This document shows positions 30,928-40,824 of a DNA stretch of 64,000 nt, one piece after another. A program made the translations under genes and the position numbers. Under the pieces are notes generated by a model, which was given only the letters and a program-made list of their open reading frames with translations, did no database searches and had not been told where the DNA came from. This DNA comes from Sedimentisphaeraceae bacterium JB056 (GTDB lineage Bacteria > Planctomycetota > Phycisphaerae > Sedimentisphaerales > Sedimentisphaeraceae): contig JBITAJ010000008.1 of assembly GCA_044440125.1 (NCBI GenBank), forward strand, positions 32,001 to 96,000, written 5' to 3'. Each line of letters opens with the position of its first letter. Within the stretch, counting starts at the first letter, position 1.

Positions 30928-31817
30928 TGCAAACCAAGCAGCAGATACAGCAAATACTTGCAAGTATTGGAGCCAGACCGGATAAAAAGCTTGGTCAAAA
31001 TTTTCTTATAGATATTAATCTGATTAATTTTCTGCTTGATAAAGCGTGCATAAAGCCAAAAGACACGGTTTTCGAAATAGGCTGCGGCACAGGAACGCTT
31101 ACCGAAGGTCTTGCAGAAAGGGCCGGCAGGGTTATAGTGGTTGAATACGACAAATTACTTTCTGCAGCAGTCGCAAATATGTTCTCAGATATAGAACATG
31201 TTACTATCATAAATGGTGATGCTCTTGACGGCAAAAATTCAATTAATCGACAAGCAATTGAATTAATAAGTGAAAGCCAGAAAAATCTTGGCGGCAGAGT
31301 ATTGCTGGTTGCAAACCTCCCATACAATATAGCGGCCTCTGCCATGATGAATCTGGTAACAGCCCCCCCAATAGCTGATGAAATGTATGTTACCATACAA
31401 AAAGAAGTAGCTCAAAGGATGGCTTCACGTAATGGTGACGAACTTTACGGCATACTGAGCGTAATTATGGGGGCAACTGGTAACGTAAAAATATTGAAAA
31501 AGCTTGGTCAAAATGTTTTTTGGCCTGCACCTAAAATAGACTCTGCAATGGTTCAGTACATTCGTGACGAAGATAAAATATCAAAAATATGCGACATTGA
31601 TGTTTTCAGGCAGGTAGTGTCGCTGTTTTTAGGCCACCGCCGGAAAACTCTTCGTGCGTGTACTAAATTAGCAGACCAAAGACTTGGCGATATTGAAATA
31701 TGGCCTCAGATTTTTGAATCTTCAGGGATAGACTCACAATTAAGGGCTGAAAAATTACCGCCTGAGGATTTTGTTAAACTGGCTAACACTATTGTTGCCT
31801 TGGCTTCTTCGGTATAG
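30927..31817 (+). CDS. rsmA: 16S rRNA m6,2A dimethyltransferase
   Basis: KKLGQNFLID, EIGCGTGTLT, VANLPYNI, QKEVAQR, FWPAPKIDSA. Confidence 0.93.
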   Translation: MQTKQQIQQILASIGARPDKKLGQNFLIDINLINFLLDKACIKPKDTVFEIGCGTGTLTEGLAERAGRVIVVEYDKLLSAAVANMFSDIEHVTIINGDALDGKNSINRQAIELISESQKNLGGRVLLVANLPYNIAASAMMNLVTAPPIADEMYVTIQKEVAQRMASRNGDELYGILSVIMGATGNVKILKKLGQNVFWPAPKIDSAMVQYIRDEDKISKICDIDVFRQVVSLFLGHRRKTLRACTKLADQRLGDIEIWPQIFESSGIDSQLRAEKLPPEDFVKLANTIVALASSV

Positions 31818-31845
31818 AAATTAATTTATACGAAAGGATGTAAGG

Positions 31846-33354
31846 ATGTCTTACAAACGTTTTACTGCGATAGTGATACTTTTTGTTCTTGCAACTGGAT
31901 ATATGGTATCTGCTTCAGAGCAAATTCTTGGAGGTAATTTGTGGGGCGGTCTCAGTATAAAGAATATCAAATACAATGCACCTCTGGAGATAACAACTCA
32001 AGATGCATTACCGACCGATCCTTACACTATTGACCATCCACCAATCATTGGTTTTGTGCCGTATATTGCTATTTCTTTTACAGATGAAAATCTTGGTGAT
32101 ACGAGTTATGACGCTCAACAAAAACTTTCTTATGTGGGTACAAGTCTCGTTGCAAATCCTTCTGCTAATTTTGGTATAGGCATATTTGATACAGGAGCGT
32201 CTGCTCATGTTATTGGCTATCAGACTTCGCAGTCTCTTGGTCTCAGTGGTGATTATCTCACTTCCAACATAATGACTATTGGGGGCGTTTCAGGCTTTGT
32301 TGATACTTATGTGAGTATGCCGATTGGCGTATTTTTCAGTGGCCTTGATGCTATAAATCAGACAGATGGTTCACTTGATATTTCAAGCACTTGTGGACAG
32401 TCAAACGTTTCTGTTGTTTCAGGCATGCAGCCCTATGCGGGGGAGCCTGATTTACCAACTGTTATCGGCTGTCCAATGTCTGTTTTCTACGATGTTTCAA
32501 TAAACAATGACAATCCTGTTGTTATCAATAAGGAGGGGAAAAGGTATAAATCTCCCTCATTGACTGTTTACGATCAGGGTGATTTATCTTCACCTACTTA
32601 TTCAAATGTGATACCGCTTGAATTGAGACCGCTTGGTGCTTTGTCTGTAACCTATACTTTAAGCTATGAAGACATTTTGAATGGCGGCTTAGATTTTAAG
32701 CCAGGGTCGCCTTCAGTAATAACCGGCGTCGGTTCACAAAGTCTCTACTTTGTTCATGCTGTTGATTTGGAACATAATGGAAGCTTGGCATTCGATAAAG
32801 ACAGGTTTATGTTCGACACTGGTGCACAGAGTACACTGATAGGTTCAAGGGTTGCTGCTCGCCTTGGTCTTGACCCTTCTTCGCCTGACTTTGAGATACA
32901 GGCAATGGGTGTCAATGGTCAGATCGTCAATCTGCCGGGATTTGTAATCGATTCTATTACTATTCCTACATTAGGAAACTGGCTGACATTTACCAATGTT
33001 CCAGTGGCATTGCTTGATGTAGCATCGCCGGAGGGCGGTACACTTGACGGCATAATTGGAACAAACCTCTTGAATAACTACAATATGGTATTGAGGGGCG
33101 GTGGAATGATGCTCCAAGATGACCCATATATAGAATTCGAACCGCGTCAGACCTCTTTCATATTAGGCGATATTGCTCCTTTAGATAATCCTGATGGACA
33201 AATTGACGAGCAGGATTTTCTATTGCTTGCATCATACTGGCTCATGGAGCCGACGGACCCATTATGGAATCAGGATATAGACATTGCTCCATGGCCGGTA
33301 CCAGACGATATAATCAATCTTGAAGATTTTGCGGCCTTAGCTTCAAAACTATAA
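31846..33354 (+). CDS. Secreted aspartyl protease with two retropepsin-like domains and C-terminal dockerin/EF-hand-like repeat
   Basis: Signal peptide; IFDTGAS and MFDTGAQ motifs; DGIIGTNLL; C-terminal GDIAP..DGQIDEQDF..DIAP..DDIINLEDF. Confidence 0.75.
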   Translation: MSYKRFTAIVILFVLATGYMVSASEQILGGNLWGGLSIKNIKYNAPLEITTQDALPTDPYTIDHPPIIGFVPYIAISFTDENLGDTSYDAQQKLSYVGTSLVANPSANFGIGIFDTGASAHVIGYQTSQSLGLSGDYLTSNIMTIGGVSGFVDTYVSMPIGVFFSGLDAINQTDGSLDISSTCGQSNVSVVSGMQPYAGEPDLPTVIGCPMSVFYDVSINNDNPVVINKEGKRYKSPSLTVYDQGDLSSPTYSNVIPLELRPLGALSVTYTLSYEDILNGGLDFKPGSPSVITGVGSQSLYFVHAVDLEHNGSLAFDKDRFMFDTGAQSTLIGSRVAARLGLDPSSPDFEIQAMGVNGQIVNLPGFVIDSITIPTLGNWLTFTNVPVALLDVASPEGGTLDGIIGTNLLNNYNMVLRGGGMMLQDDPYIEFEPRQTSFILGDIAPLDNPDGQIDEQDFLLLASYWLMEPTDPLWNQDIDIAPWPVPDDIINLEDFAALASKL

Positions 33355-33360
33355 AAGGCG

Positions 33361-34014
33361 TTACTCGCAATTTTGAGCAGCATCCTCAGTTTCGGGTTCA
33401 GCCTTTGCTTCTTCTGCTATTGCTGCATCAATATGTTTTTTTACATCGCAGGGCTCTTCATCGTTGCAATATAATGCTACGGCAAGATTTTCTGCCCAGT
33501 ACTCTATTGTCATTTTAGCTCTCGACCATTTGTCAAGATTATCATCAGCAATAGCCGGTCTTTTAAGTATCATTGAAATCAGTGTTTTATCAGTAAGCGA
33601 ATCTGATATCCGAACTTCAAGACAGGGGCCTACAAAGTCTTCATAACCCGATTCCATATAGGCTTGCGAAGAATCTTTGCAGTAAAATAATCTTGAACTC
33701 AAAACAGCTGTTTTTTCACCATTTTCTTCAGCTATATCATATTCTGACAAAACAACTTTTCTAATCGAAAGGTCTACATATTGCCGTAGATCTTCAATAA
33801 CTCGCTGGCTTGGTTTTGTTAGCGAAACATCTACCGTATTAACTTTTATAGCCTTGTAGCCGTCAAGAGGGGTGCTTGATGACTTGTAGATCAAGGTTGT
33901 TTCATCACTCCTTTCAAGCCTTGTATAGTCTTTAAGCAAACCGCTTTCAATAGATTTTTGGCATCCCATACCCAAAACAGTCATTAAAATAATAGACATC
34001 CATATCTTTTTCAT
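33361..34014 (-). CDS. Lipoprotein, DUF3313-like
   Basis: Lipobox LGMGC, SGLLKDYTRL, LEVRISDSLT, WAENL. Confidence 0.6.
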   Translation of the reverse strand: MKKIWMSIILMTVLGMGCQKSIESGLLKDYTRLERSDETTLIYKSSSTPLDGYKAIKVNTVDVSLTKPSQRVIEDLRQYVDLSIRKVVLSEYDIAEENGEKTAVLSSRLFYCKDSSQAYMESGYEDFVGPCLEVRISDSLTDKTLISMILKRPAIADDNLDKWSRAKMTIEYWAENLAVALYCNDEEPCDVKKHIDAAIAEEAKAEPETEDAAQNCE

Positions 34015-34049
34015 AATCCACTGTTCCTTAACTCAAATAATATATTTTC

Positions 34050-35546
34050 CTACTGACTTTCTATTTCCTCTTCATCTTTCTGTGCATCCAAGCTTAGCGG
34101 TTCCCAGCCGCCTCCTGTTGCCTTATACAATGAAACTAAATTCTGCAGCAAGCTTCCACTGCTTGATGCATATTCATCCTGCTGTTCAAAAAGCGATCTC
34201 TCTGTATCCAGTACATTCTGGAAATCAGTAAGTCCGCTTTTGTATAATTCGTTAACCAGCCTGACGGACTCCTTTGCCGCAAGAACTGAGCTTTTGAGTA
34301 TATTCTTTCGTTCACTTTCCTTATTGTATGCTATCAGAGAATTTTCTACGTCTTCAAGAGCATTTAACACGGTTCTTTTGTATACCAGTAACAACTCTTC
34401 TGTTCGCTCTTTTTCAAGAAGTATGTTGTTTCTAAGCCTGTCGCCATTGAATAAACTCCAGTTAATTGAAGGGCCCCAAGACCATTTCCTGCTGTCATCA
34501 TAGCCAAGGTGCTTCAGTTGAGTTCCTTCAAATGCAAAACTTCCTGATAATGAAAACTTAGGATAAAGCTCTGTTTCTGCCACGCCTACTCTCAAACTTT
34601 GCGCATAAAGCCTTCTTTCGCTTGCTCTTACATCAGGCCGTCTTCTTACAGAATCAACCGGTACGGCCAGTTTGATAAGCAAGCTTGGTTCCGGCAAATC
34701 CTTTCTACTGGTAATTTCGTCCAGCAAATCTTTAGATTTTTCACCAAGAAGGGTGGCTAAACGGTTTATTGCTTGATTTATCTGTATTTGAAGTGACGGT
34801 ATTGACGATTGTGTTCTCGAAAGATTGAGTTTTGCCTGCTGGACATCTATCTGCGGAACAAGCTGTGCATCGAATCTGTCTTGCGTCAACTCCAAAGTAT
34901 CACTTTGAGATTTGACATTCTCCCTTGCATAATACAGACGTGACTGAAGTGTACGAACTTCAATATAAGTACTTACAATATCTGATGTTAGAATAGATTG
35001 CACATCATATAGATCCTCAATTGAAGCCTGATAATCGGCATCGGCGGCATTAATTGCTCGTTCAATACGTCCGAAAACATCAATTTCCCAGCTTGCATCA
35101 ATGCCAATGTTATGCAGATTTGAATGATGTGCGCTTTGGCCCGGTATAGTTTCCAATCCATAATTACTTGGCATTGACTGACTATAGAATCCTAAGGCGT
35201 CAAGGTTTAGTTTTTTCTCGCCAGCCGTTATAGCGCGATTAATACGTGATTGTGCTATTCGACTCAGAGCGACCTTAATATCCAGATTTTCGCATATCGA
35301 TCTCGTAACAAGATCGTTCAGGTAAGGATCGTTAAAGGTTTCCCACCATTGGCTAATATCAGCTTCATCAGATTGTTTCAAGATATTTCCAGCAAGCTTG
35401 GTTGACCATTGGTCGGGAACATTCGCTTCAGGTTCATTATAATTATCAACATCAAATGGCTTTTGACATCCGGTTAAAATCAATATACCCAGACTGAAAA
35501 AAAATACTATATTTTTATGTCTTTTAAATTCGGACATAAATATCAT
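34050..35546 (-). CDS. Outer-membrane efflux factor lipoprotein (NodT/OprM/TolC family)
   Basis: Lipobox LTGC, WWETFNDPYL, ASWEIDVFGR, RRPDVRASE, LYPKFSL, LYKATGGGW. Confidence 0.92.
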   Translation of the reverse strand: MIFMSEFKRHKNIVFFFSLGILILTGCQKPFDVDNYNEPEANVPDQWSTKLAGNILKQSDEADISQWWETFNDPYLNDLVTRSICENLDIKVALSRIAQSRINRAITAGEKKLNLDALGFYSQSMPSNYGLETIPGQSAHHSNLHNIGIDASWEIDVFGRIERAINAADADYQASIEDLYDVQSILTSDIVSTYIEVRTLQSRLYYARENVKSQSDTLELTQDRFDAQLVPQIDVQQAKLNLSRTQSSIPSLQIQINQAINRLATLLGEKSKDLLDEITSRKDLPEPSLLIKLAVPVDSVRRRPDVRASERRLYAQSLRVGVAETELYPKFSLSGSFAFEGTQLKHLGYDDSRKWSWGPSINWSLFNGDRLRNNILLEKERTEELLLVYKRTVLNALEDVENSLIAYNKESERKNILKSSVLAAKESVRLVNELYKSGLTDFQNVLDTERSLFEQQDEYASSSGSLLQNLVSLYKATGGGWEPLSLDAQKDEEEIESQ

Positions 35547-35980
35547 CAGCTAAAACTCCGGTTCCAATAAACCCAATTAAATTTCCCATGTTACATATAC
35601 CTTTTTAAAGGTACTGATTACAATACGCTTAAAAAGAAAATATGATTGCTATTAATATTATAAACATTCAATATTTTTTTTACCAGAAAATTATATCAAT
35701 TAAGAGATTAAATCATGAATCGGAATTCTTCATATTCAAATAAAGATGGCAAAACCATAAATATTATGGAGTTTCATGTGTCAATACAGTATAGCATTAT
35801 TGAATCCAACAATTACATTTTTTGTAGAGGAGGCACAAAATCGATAAAAGCCAGAAAGATTTGGATGTAATGTCTTACGCAATATTAATAAAACTGTAAA
35901 GTTCAAAAGTAACGCAATTTATAAAATGTGATAAACAAAAAACATAATGCAACATAACATAAATTATAGGACTTTATATT

Positions 35981-36020
35981 AAAAAAGAGAAGGGAAAGCG
36001 GACATGCCGCCCTCCCTTTT
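35981..36020 (-). terminator. Intrinsic terminator after rpsA
   Basis: Minus strand AAGGGAGGGCGG-CATGT-CCGCTTTCCCTT followed by CTCTTTTTT. Confidence 0.75.
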
Positions 36021-36027
36021 ATCTCTT

Positions 36028-37827
36028 TTATTTACCGCCGAGAATACCTGGGTCAATCTGCAGTGATCCATCGAGTCCGCCGCGACGTTCGCCGCCTGCC
36101 TGACTTTGTGAATCAGCATTGCCCGCATTATCATTGGTACTAGGTGCTGTTGTCTCAGCTTCATCCTTAGCCGCATCTTCAGCTGCCCACTGAACACGTC
36201 TCAAGCTCAAGCCGATTTTGCGTGCTTCTGTGTCAACACGAAGAATTTTGACTTCAAGCTCTTCGCCGACCTTGACAACATCCTGTGGCTTGTCAATCTT
36301 GTGATCTGCGATTTCTGAGATATGCAACAAGCCTTCGAGGTCTTCCTCGAGCTCAACAAATACACCAAAATTGGTGATCTTTGTGATTTTACCCTTAACA
36401 ATCTGACCTGGCAGATATGTTTCAGGTATAGCACGAACCCATGGGTCCTCTGTAAGCTGCTTAACACCAAGTGAAATACGCTGCTTGTCTTCATCAACTT
36501 CAAGAACAACGCACTGTATATCCTGGTCCTTCTTGAGAGCCTCATTCGGATGATTGTATTTCTTTGTCCAGCTGAGGTCAGAAATATGGATAAGTCCGTC
36601 AATACCTTCCTCTATGGTAGCAAATGCTCCATAATTCATGAGGCTGGTAACCTTAGCATTAACCATTGTTCCTGGAGGATATTTCTGAGCTGCAATAGTC
36701 CATGGATTAACTTCAAGCTGCTTGATACCAAGAGATATCTCCTGCTTGTCTTTGTTAACCTCAAGAACAACAGCTTCAACTTCCTGTCCAACCTCGAACA
36801 TATCGCCTGGGTGAACGATTCTCTTTGTCCAGCTCATTTCGCTGATATGTACAAGACCTTCAATGCCCTCTTCAAGACGCAGGAAGATACCGTAGTTCAT
36901 GATATTCACTACAGTGCCCTTCACCTTGCTGTTGACTGGGTAGCGTTCTTCAACCTTTTCCCATGGGCTTTCAGTTTTCTGCTTGAGACCAAGTGAAACC
37001 TTTTCAGTATCGGTGTCTACGCCGATAACAACGCATTCGATTTCCTGATCAAGCTTAACGATTTCTGATGGGTGAGAAATTCTGCCCCAACTGAGATCTG
37101 ATATATGCAACAGACCGTCAAGACCGCCAAGGTCAACGAAAACACCGAAGTCAGCGATATTCTTGACGATACCCTTACGTATTTGACCGATCTCGATATC
37201 CTTAAGTATTGCTTCCTTGCTGCTTTGACGTTCTTCTTCAATAATCTTACGACGTGAAACGACGATGTTCTTGTTCTCGGTATCAATTTTGAGAATCTTA
37301 CACTCAATATCTTCACCAATGAATCTACTGATATCGCCGGGCTTTCTGATGTCAACTTGCGATGCTGGCAGGAATACCGGTACACCAATATCAACGAGCA
37401 GACCGCCCTTGATTCTGCGTGTAACCTTACCAGTGACAATATCGCCTTCTTCTTTCTCGTTAACAATCTTTTCCCAACCGCGGATTCTGTCAGCTTTGCG
37501 CTTGCTCAACAGGATCATGCCGTCTTCAGCATCTACATCCTCGACAAAAACCTCAATCTCTTTACCAGCCTCAATCTCTTCAGGTAAGTCAAATTCGTTT
37601 GATTCGACAACACCTTCGCTTTTGAGACCAATTTCGATGATTACATCATTACCGATTTGCTCTACAATCTTACCGACAAGGATGCTTCCAGGTACCAATG
37701 CCTGTGTTTTAGTTTCAAGTACTTCATCAAGCATTTGTGTATGCTCTTGGGTGTACATTGAATCGACCTCAGCATTGAGCTCGTCAAGATTGATACCTAA
37801 CGTGTTAATAATATTAAAATCTACCAT
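36028..37827 (-). CDS. rpsA: 30S ribosomal protein S1
   Basis: Six S1 repeats (IGLKSEG, FLPASQVD, DGLLHISDLSW, EGLVHISEMSW...); start MVDFNI with SD AAAGG. Confidence 0.96.
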   Translation of the reverse strand: MVDFNIINTLGINLDELNAEVDSMYTQEHTQMLDEVLETKTQALVPGSILVGKIVEQIGNDVIIEIGLKSEGVVESNEFDLPEEIEAGKEIEVFVEDVDAEDGMILLSKRKADRIRGWEKIVNEKEEGDIVTGKVTRRIKGGLLVDIGVPVFLPASQVDIRKPGDISRFIGEDIECKILKIDTENKNIVVSRRKIIEEERQSSKEAILKDIEIGQIRKGIVKNIADFGVFVDLGGLDGLLHISDLSWGRISHPSEIVKLDQEIECVVIGVDTDTEKVSLGLKQKTESPWEKVEERYPVNSKVKGTVVNIMNYGIFLRLEEGIEGLVHISEMSWTKRIVHPGDMFEVGQEVEAVVLEVNKDKQEISLGIKQLEVNPWTIAAQKYPPGTMVNAKVTSLMNYGAFATIEEGIDGLIHISDLSWTKKYNHPNEALKKDQDIQCVVLEVDEDKQRISLGVKQLTEDPWVRAIPETYLPGQIVKGKITKITNFGVFVELEEDLEGLLHISEIADHKIDKPQDVVKVGEELEVKILRVDTEARKIGLSLRRVQWAAEDAAKDEAETTAPSTNDNAGNADSQSQAGGERRGGLDGSLQIDPGILGGK

Positions 37828-37988
37828 CTTAAACCTTTCCGCGGAAAAAAACAAACAAGCAGGAAACGTCCGCGCCTTCGCTTCTGCAAGGCAGCCTCAA
37901 TTGTTAGGCTGCGTTATCAATCACATAACCGTTAATTCCAAACACGCGTTTGGCGGTTACGATCGTTTAAGTCACTTCAACAATATCC

Positions 37989-38822
37989 TTATGACTCTCT
38001 GAGCTTATTGACAAATTCCTCTATAACCCAATCGGGGGTTGAGGCACCAGCCGTCACTCCGGCTGTTTTTTTGTCTCTAAGGACATCTGTGTCCAGTTCC
38101 TTCCAATTCTGAAGGTGGAAGGTGTTAATATTAAACATTTTGCACAATTCTGCAAGTTTTTTTGTGTTTGCGCTGTGTTTTCCACCTAAAACAAACATAA
38201 TATCGACTTTTTTTGCCAATTCCATAGCAGAATCCTGCCTTTTTATAGCTTCACGGCACAAAGTATTGATTACTTTCAGTTCAGCAAACCCCCTCTTTAT
38301 GATTTCTGAAACAGTCTCGGCAAAGTGACTGTAAGATTGGGTTGTCTGACAGATTATACCCAATTTGCGATATCGATCAAGACGTTCAAGATCTTCTTTG
38401 TCTGCAACAACGATAGCTTTTTCAACCGAGCCTGTTATTGCACGGACCTCCGGGTGATCTGCATCGCCTATAACCACCACCATATAGCCGCTCGCTTCAA
38501 GTTCAGTTGCTATATTCTGCACTTTTTTCACAAGCACACAGGTGGCGTCAACGATATTGAGATTTCTGTTACGAATTTCCCGTATTTGTTTTTTTGTTGC
38601 CCCGTGTGATCGTATCAAAATAGTGCCATCTGAGACCTCTTCAATACTGTCAACTGTATTAAGCCCTTTTTCGGAAAGCTTATCTACAACATCTGTGTTG
38701 TGTATAATATGCCCGAAACTATACACATTCTTATCGCCCGATTCCAAGGTTTGCTCGGCCGTTTTAATAGCGTTTCTTACGCCCTGGCAGAACCCGCATT
38801 TAGCCGCGATTATAACTTCCAT
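37989..38822 (-). CDS. ispH: 4-hydroxy-3-methylbut-2-enyl diphosphate reductase
   Basis: GFCQGV, IIHN, RSHG, DATC, HPEV, QTT, NTLC, SANTKKL, TAGASTP. Confidence 0.95.
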   Translation of the reverse strand: MEVIIAAKCGFCQGVRNAIKTAEQTLESGDKNVYSFGHIIHNTDVVDKLSEKGLNTVDSIEEVSDGTILIRSHGATKKQIREIRNRNLNIVDATCVLVKKVQNIATELEASGYMVVVIGDADHPEVRAITGSVEKAIVVADKEDLERLDRYRKLGIICQTTQSYSHFAETVSEIIKRGFAELKVINTLCREAIKRQDSAMELAKKVDIMFVLGGKHSANTKKLAELCKMFNINTFHLQNWKELDTDVLRDKKTAGVTAGASTPDWVIEEFVNKLRES

Positions 38823-38837
38823 TTTATTTTCACCATC

Positions 38838-39797
38838 CTATCGTAATCTTACTAACATTTTTTTATTTATCTTTTGGCACTCAATTATCTTATCTGTATC
38901 TTTAATAAACCGGTTGCCGTCTGTCCAGTAACCAGCGGTAGGAGCTATAGTTGCGTCAAAACCAGCAAAGTAAGAATTCAGCCTTTCCATCATCATCTCA
39001 CGGATATATTTACTGATTATTGATGCCAGTGATACAGGCAGCGATTTATCATCAGCTTTTACAACAAAATGAATTCGCATCTTTCTGTCACCATCAATAA
39101 GTTCGTAACTGCAATCCGTCTCATCCTCTCGTATTATCCGCCCCTGCGATTGCGGGAACATTTTGGCTAAAACCGGCAAATAATGACTCCTGCCACCCTG
39201 CCTGTCAACAACTATCTGAAGGTTGTCATTACCAAAATGTTTGAATGCCCAGTCAATATGCCGACAGACTGCGGTAAAAAGAACAGATGCTTTGTTTTGA
39301 ACCTTATCGACCATTTCGTTATAATAACCAACATCCAATACTTCTGAACGCAAGGCAACAATGCTTATTCCATTTTTCTCACGGTCTGTCTTGAACGCCC
39401 CTGCTGCAATACTGTACTCTGCATTCTCAAAATCTATCTCAACATCTTCCAGTTTTTGATACCAAGGATAATGATTAAGGCGAGCCAATGCCTCAGGCGC
39501 AAGTACATTAACAAGCTCCTTGAAGTTTTTGGCAGAAATCCCCATGCTTTTCAATGTAGCAAGAGTTGTTCTCTCAAGATGACCGAGGCCGCTTTTGCGA
39601 TTATAAGCCTTTTTACTGTCAGTAATTAGGATTTTACCCTTTAGTGAGCGTTTCTGTTTAGACACAGAACTTGATAAAACCTTCCACATATCGGAGCGTA
39701 GTTTATCCTCAGGCACCATAAATGCCGTAGAGCTCACTGTCAGAGGGCCAAGGACAGGGCCATAACCTGCCTCGTCAATACCGATTAATACTGCCAT
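38838..39797 (-). CDS. RNase HII-like nuclease (long, GIDEAGYGP type)
   Basis: GIDEAGYGPVLGPL, DSKK, VVDRQGG, KADD..VSLASIISKYIRE, AGY. Confidence 0.7.
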   Translation of the reverse strand: MAVLIGIDEAGYGPVLGPLTVSSTAFMVPEDKLRSDMWKVLSSSVSKQKRSLKGKILITDSKKAYNRKSGLGHLERTTLATLKSMGISAKNFKELVNVLAPEALARLNHYPWYQKLEDVEIDFENAEYSIAAGAFKTDREKNGISIVALRSEVLDVGYYNEMVDKVQNKASVLFTAVCRHIDWAFKHFGNDNLQIVVDRQGGRSHYLPVLAKMFPQSQGRIIREDETDCSYELIDGDRKMRIHFVVKADDKSLPVSLASIISKYIREMMMERLNSYFAGFDATIAPTAGYWTDGNRFIKDTDKIIECQKINKKMLVRLR

Positions 39798-39914
39798 ATA
39801 ATAAATCTTGAAAATATTTAAAATGAATCAAAACGAAACGTCAATATTATGCAGAAAACAAGAATTGTCAATTGTTATTCACAATTCAGGAACAACAAAT
39901 ATATATTAAGCCAC

Positions 39915-39947
39915 AAAAAAACCTCCGCTGCAATATGGCGGAGGTTT
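39915..39947 (-). terminator. Intrinsic terminator of trp operon
   Basis: Minus strand AAACCTCCGCCATATTGCAGCGGAGGTTTTTTT. Confidence 0.8.
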
Positions 39948-39975
39948 GGGATAATCTTTGCACTTATTAGAGATT

Positions 39976-40776
39976 CTATCTGAGTGCTTTTTTAAGACTT
40001 GCTACCTTTTCGGAAACAATATTCGCAAGTTCCTTCGAATTGACATTTTCCTCTATAGTCCTGACGAACAGGCTCCCAACCACTACACCCTCTGCAAACG
40101 GAGCTATTGTCGCCGCATCTTCAGGGCTTGACACTCCAAATCCCATGCATACAGGTACGTCCGTATAAGCCTTTATGCGTTCAACTCCTGCTTTTATTGA
40201 ATCCTTGTCAACCCCGCCTGTTCCTGTAATACCGACCCTGTTTATCATGTAGATGAATCCTTTGCCTTGTTTGCATATATCCTCGAGTCGCTTGCCTTTT
40301 GTAGTTGGTGCAACGAGATGTATCAATTTGAAGTCCTTATCGATACATGATGATTCAAATTCATCCTTTTCTTCAAATGAGAGGTCTACTATCAAAGCCC
40401 CATCAGCTCCGGCATTTATTGCATCATCACAAAACTGTTCTACACCGTAATTATGAATAGGGTTGTAGTAGCTAAATAAAATTATCGGCAACGAATCACC
40501 ACATCTTTTACGTATGGCGTGAACCATTTCAAATACAGTCGATACGTTTACGCCCGCTTCAAGAGCCCTCATGGATGCTTTTTGTATTGTTGGCCCGTCT
40601 GCCGTAGGATCGGAAAAAGGCACACCAAGCTCCAAGACGTCCACACCCGACTCTACTGCTTTACAAATTATATCAAGTGATTTCTCTATGCAAGGATCAC
40701 CTGCCGTTATAAAAGCAACAAGAGCTTTTTCACCTGCTTCTTTAAGATCCTTAAATTTTTTATCTATTCTGTTCAT
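39976..40776 (-). CDS. trpA: Tryptophan synthase alpha chain
   Basis: FITAGDP, ELGVPFSDPTADGPTIQ, YYNP, LVAPTT, GITG, GFGVS. Confidence 0.96.
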   Translation of the reverse strand: MNRIDKKFKDLKEAGEKALVAFITAGDPCIEKSLDIICKAVESGVDVLELGVPFSDPTADGPTIQKASMRALEAGVNVSTVFEMVHAIRKRCGDSLPIILFSYYNPIHNYGVEQFCDDAINAGADGALIVDLSFEEKDEFESSCIDKDFKLIHLVAPTTKGKRLEDICKQGKGFIYMINRVGITGTGGVDKDSIKAGVERIKAYTDVPVCMGFGVSSPEDAATIAPFAEGVVVGSLFVRTIEENVNSKELANIVSEKVASLKKALR

Positions 40777-40824
40777 AAACATAAACCTTTACATATTTAT
40801 CTGCGTTTTTTCATCAACAACAGA

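Noticed and set aside
35715..35870. 51-aa plus-strand ORF (MNRNSSYSNK...) in the AT-rich spacer
   Set aside because: Weak SD, no recognisable motif; compatible with chance
37265..38002. 245-aa ORF antisense to rpsA, and the many other antisense ORFs in the track
   Set aside because: Shadow frames of strongly biased genuine genes, with no protein motifs
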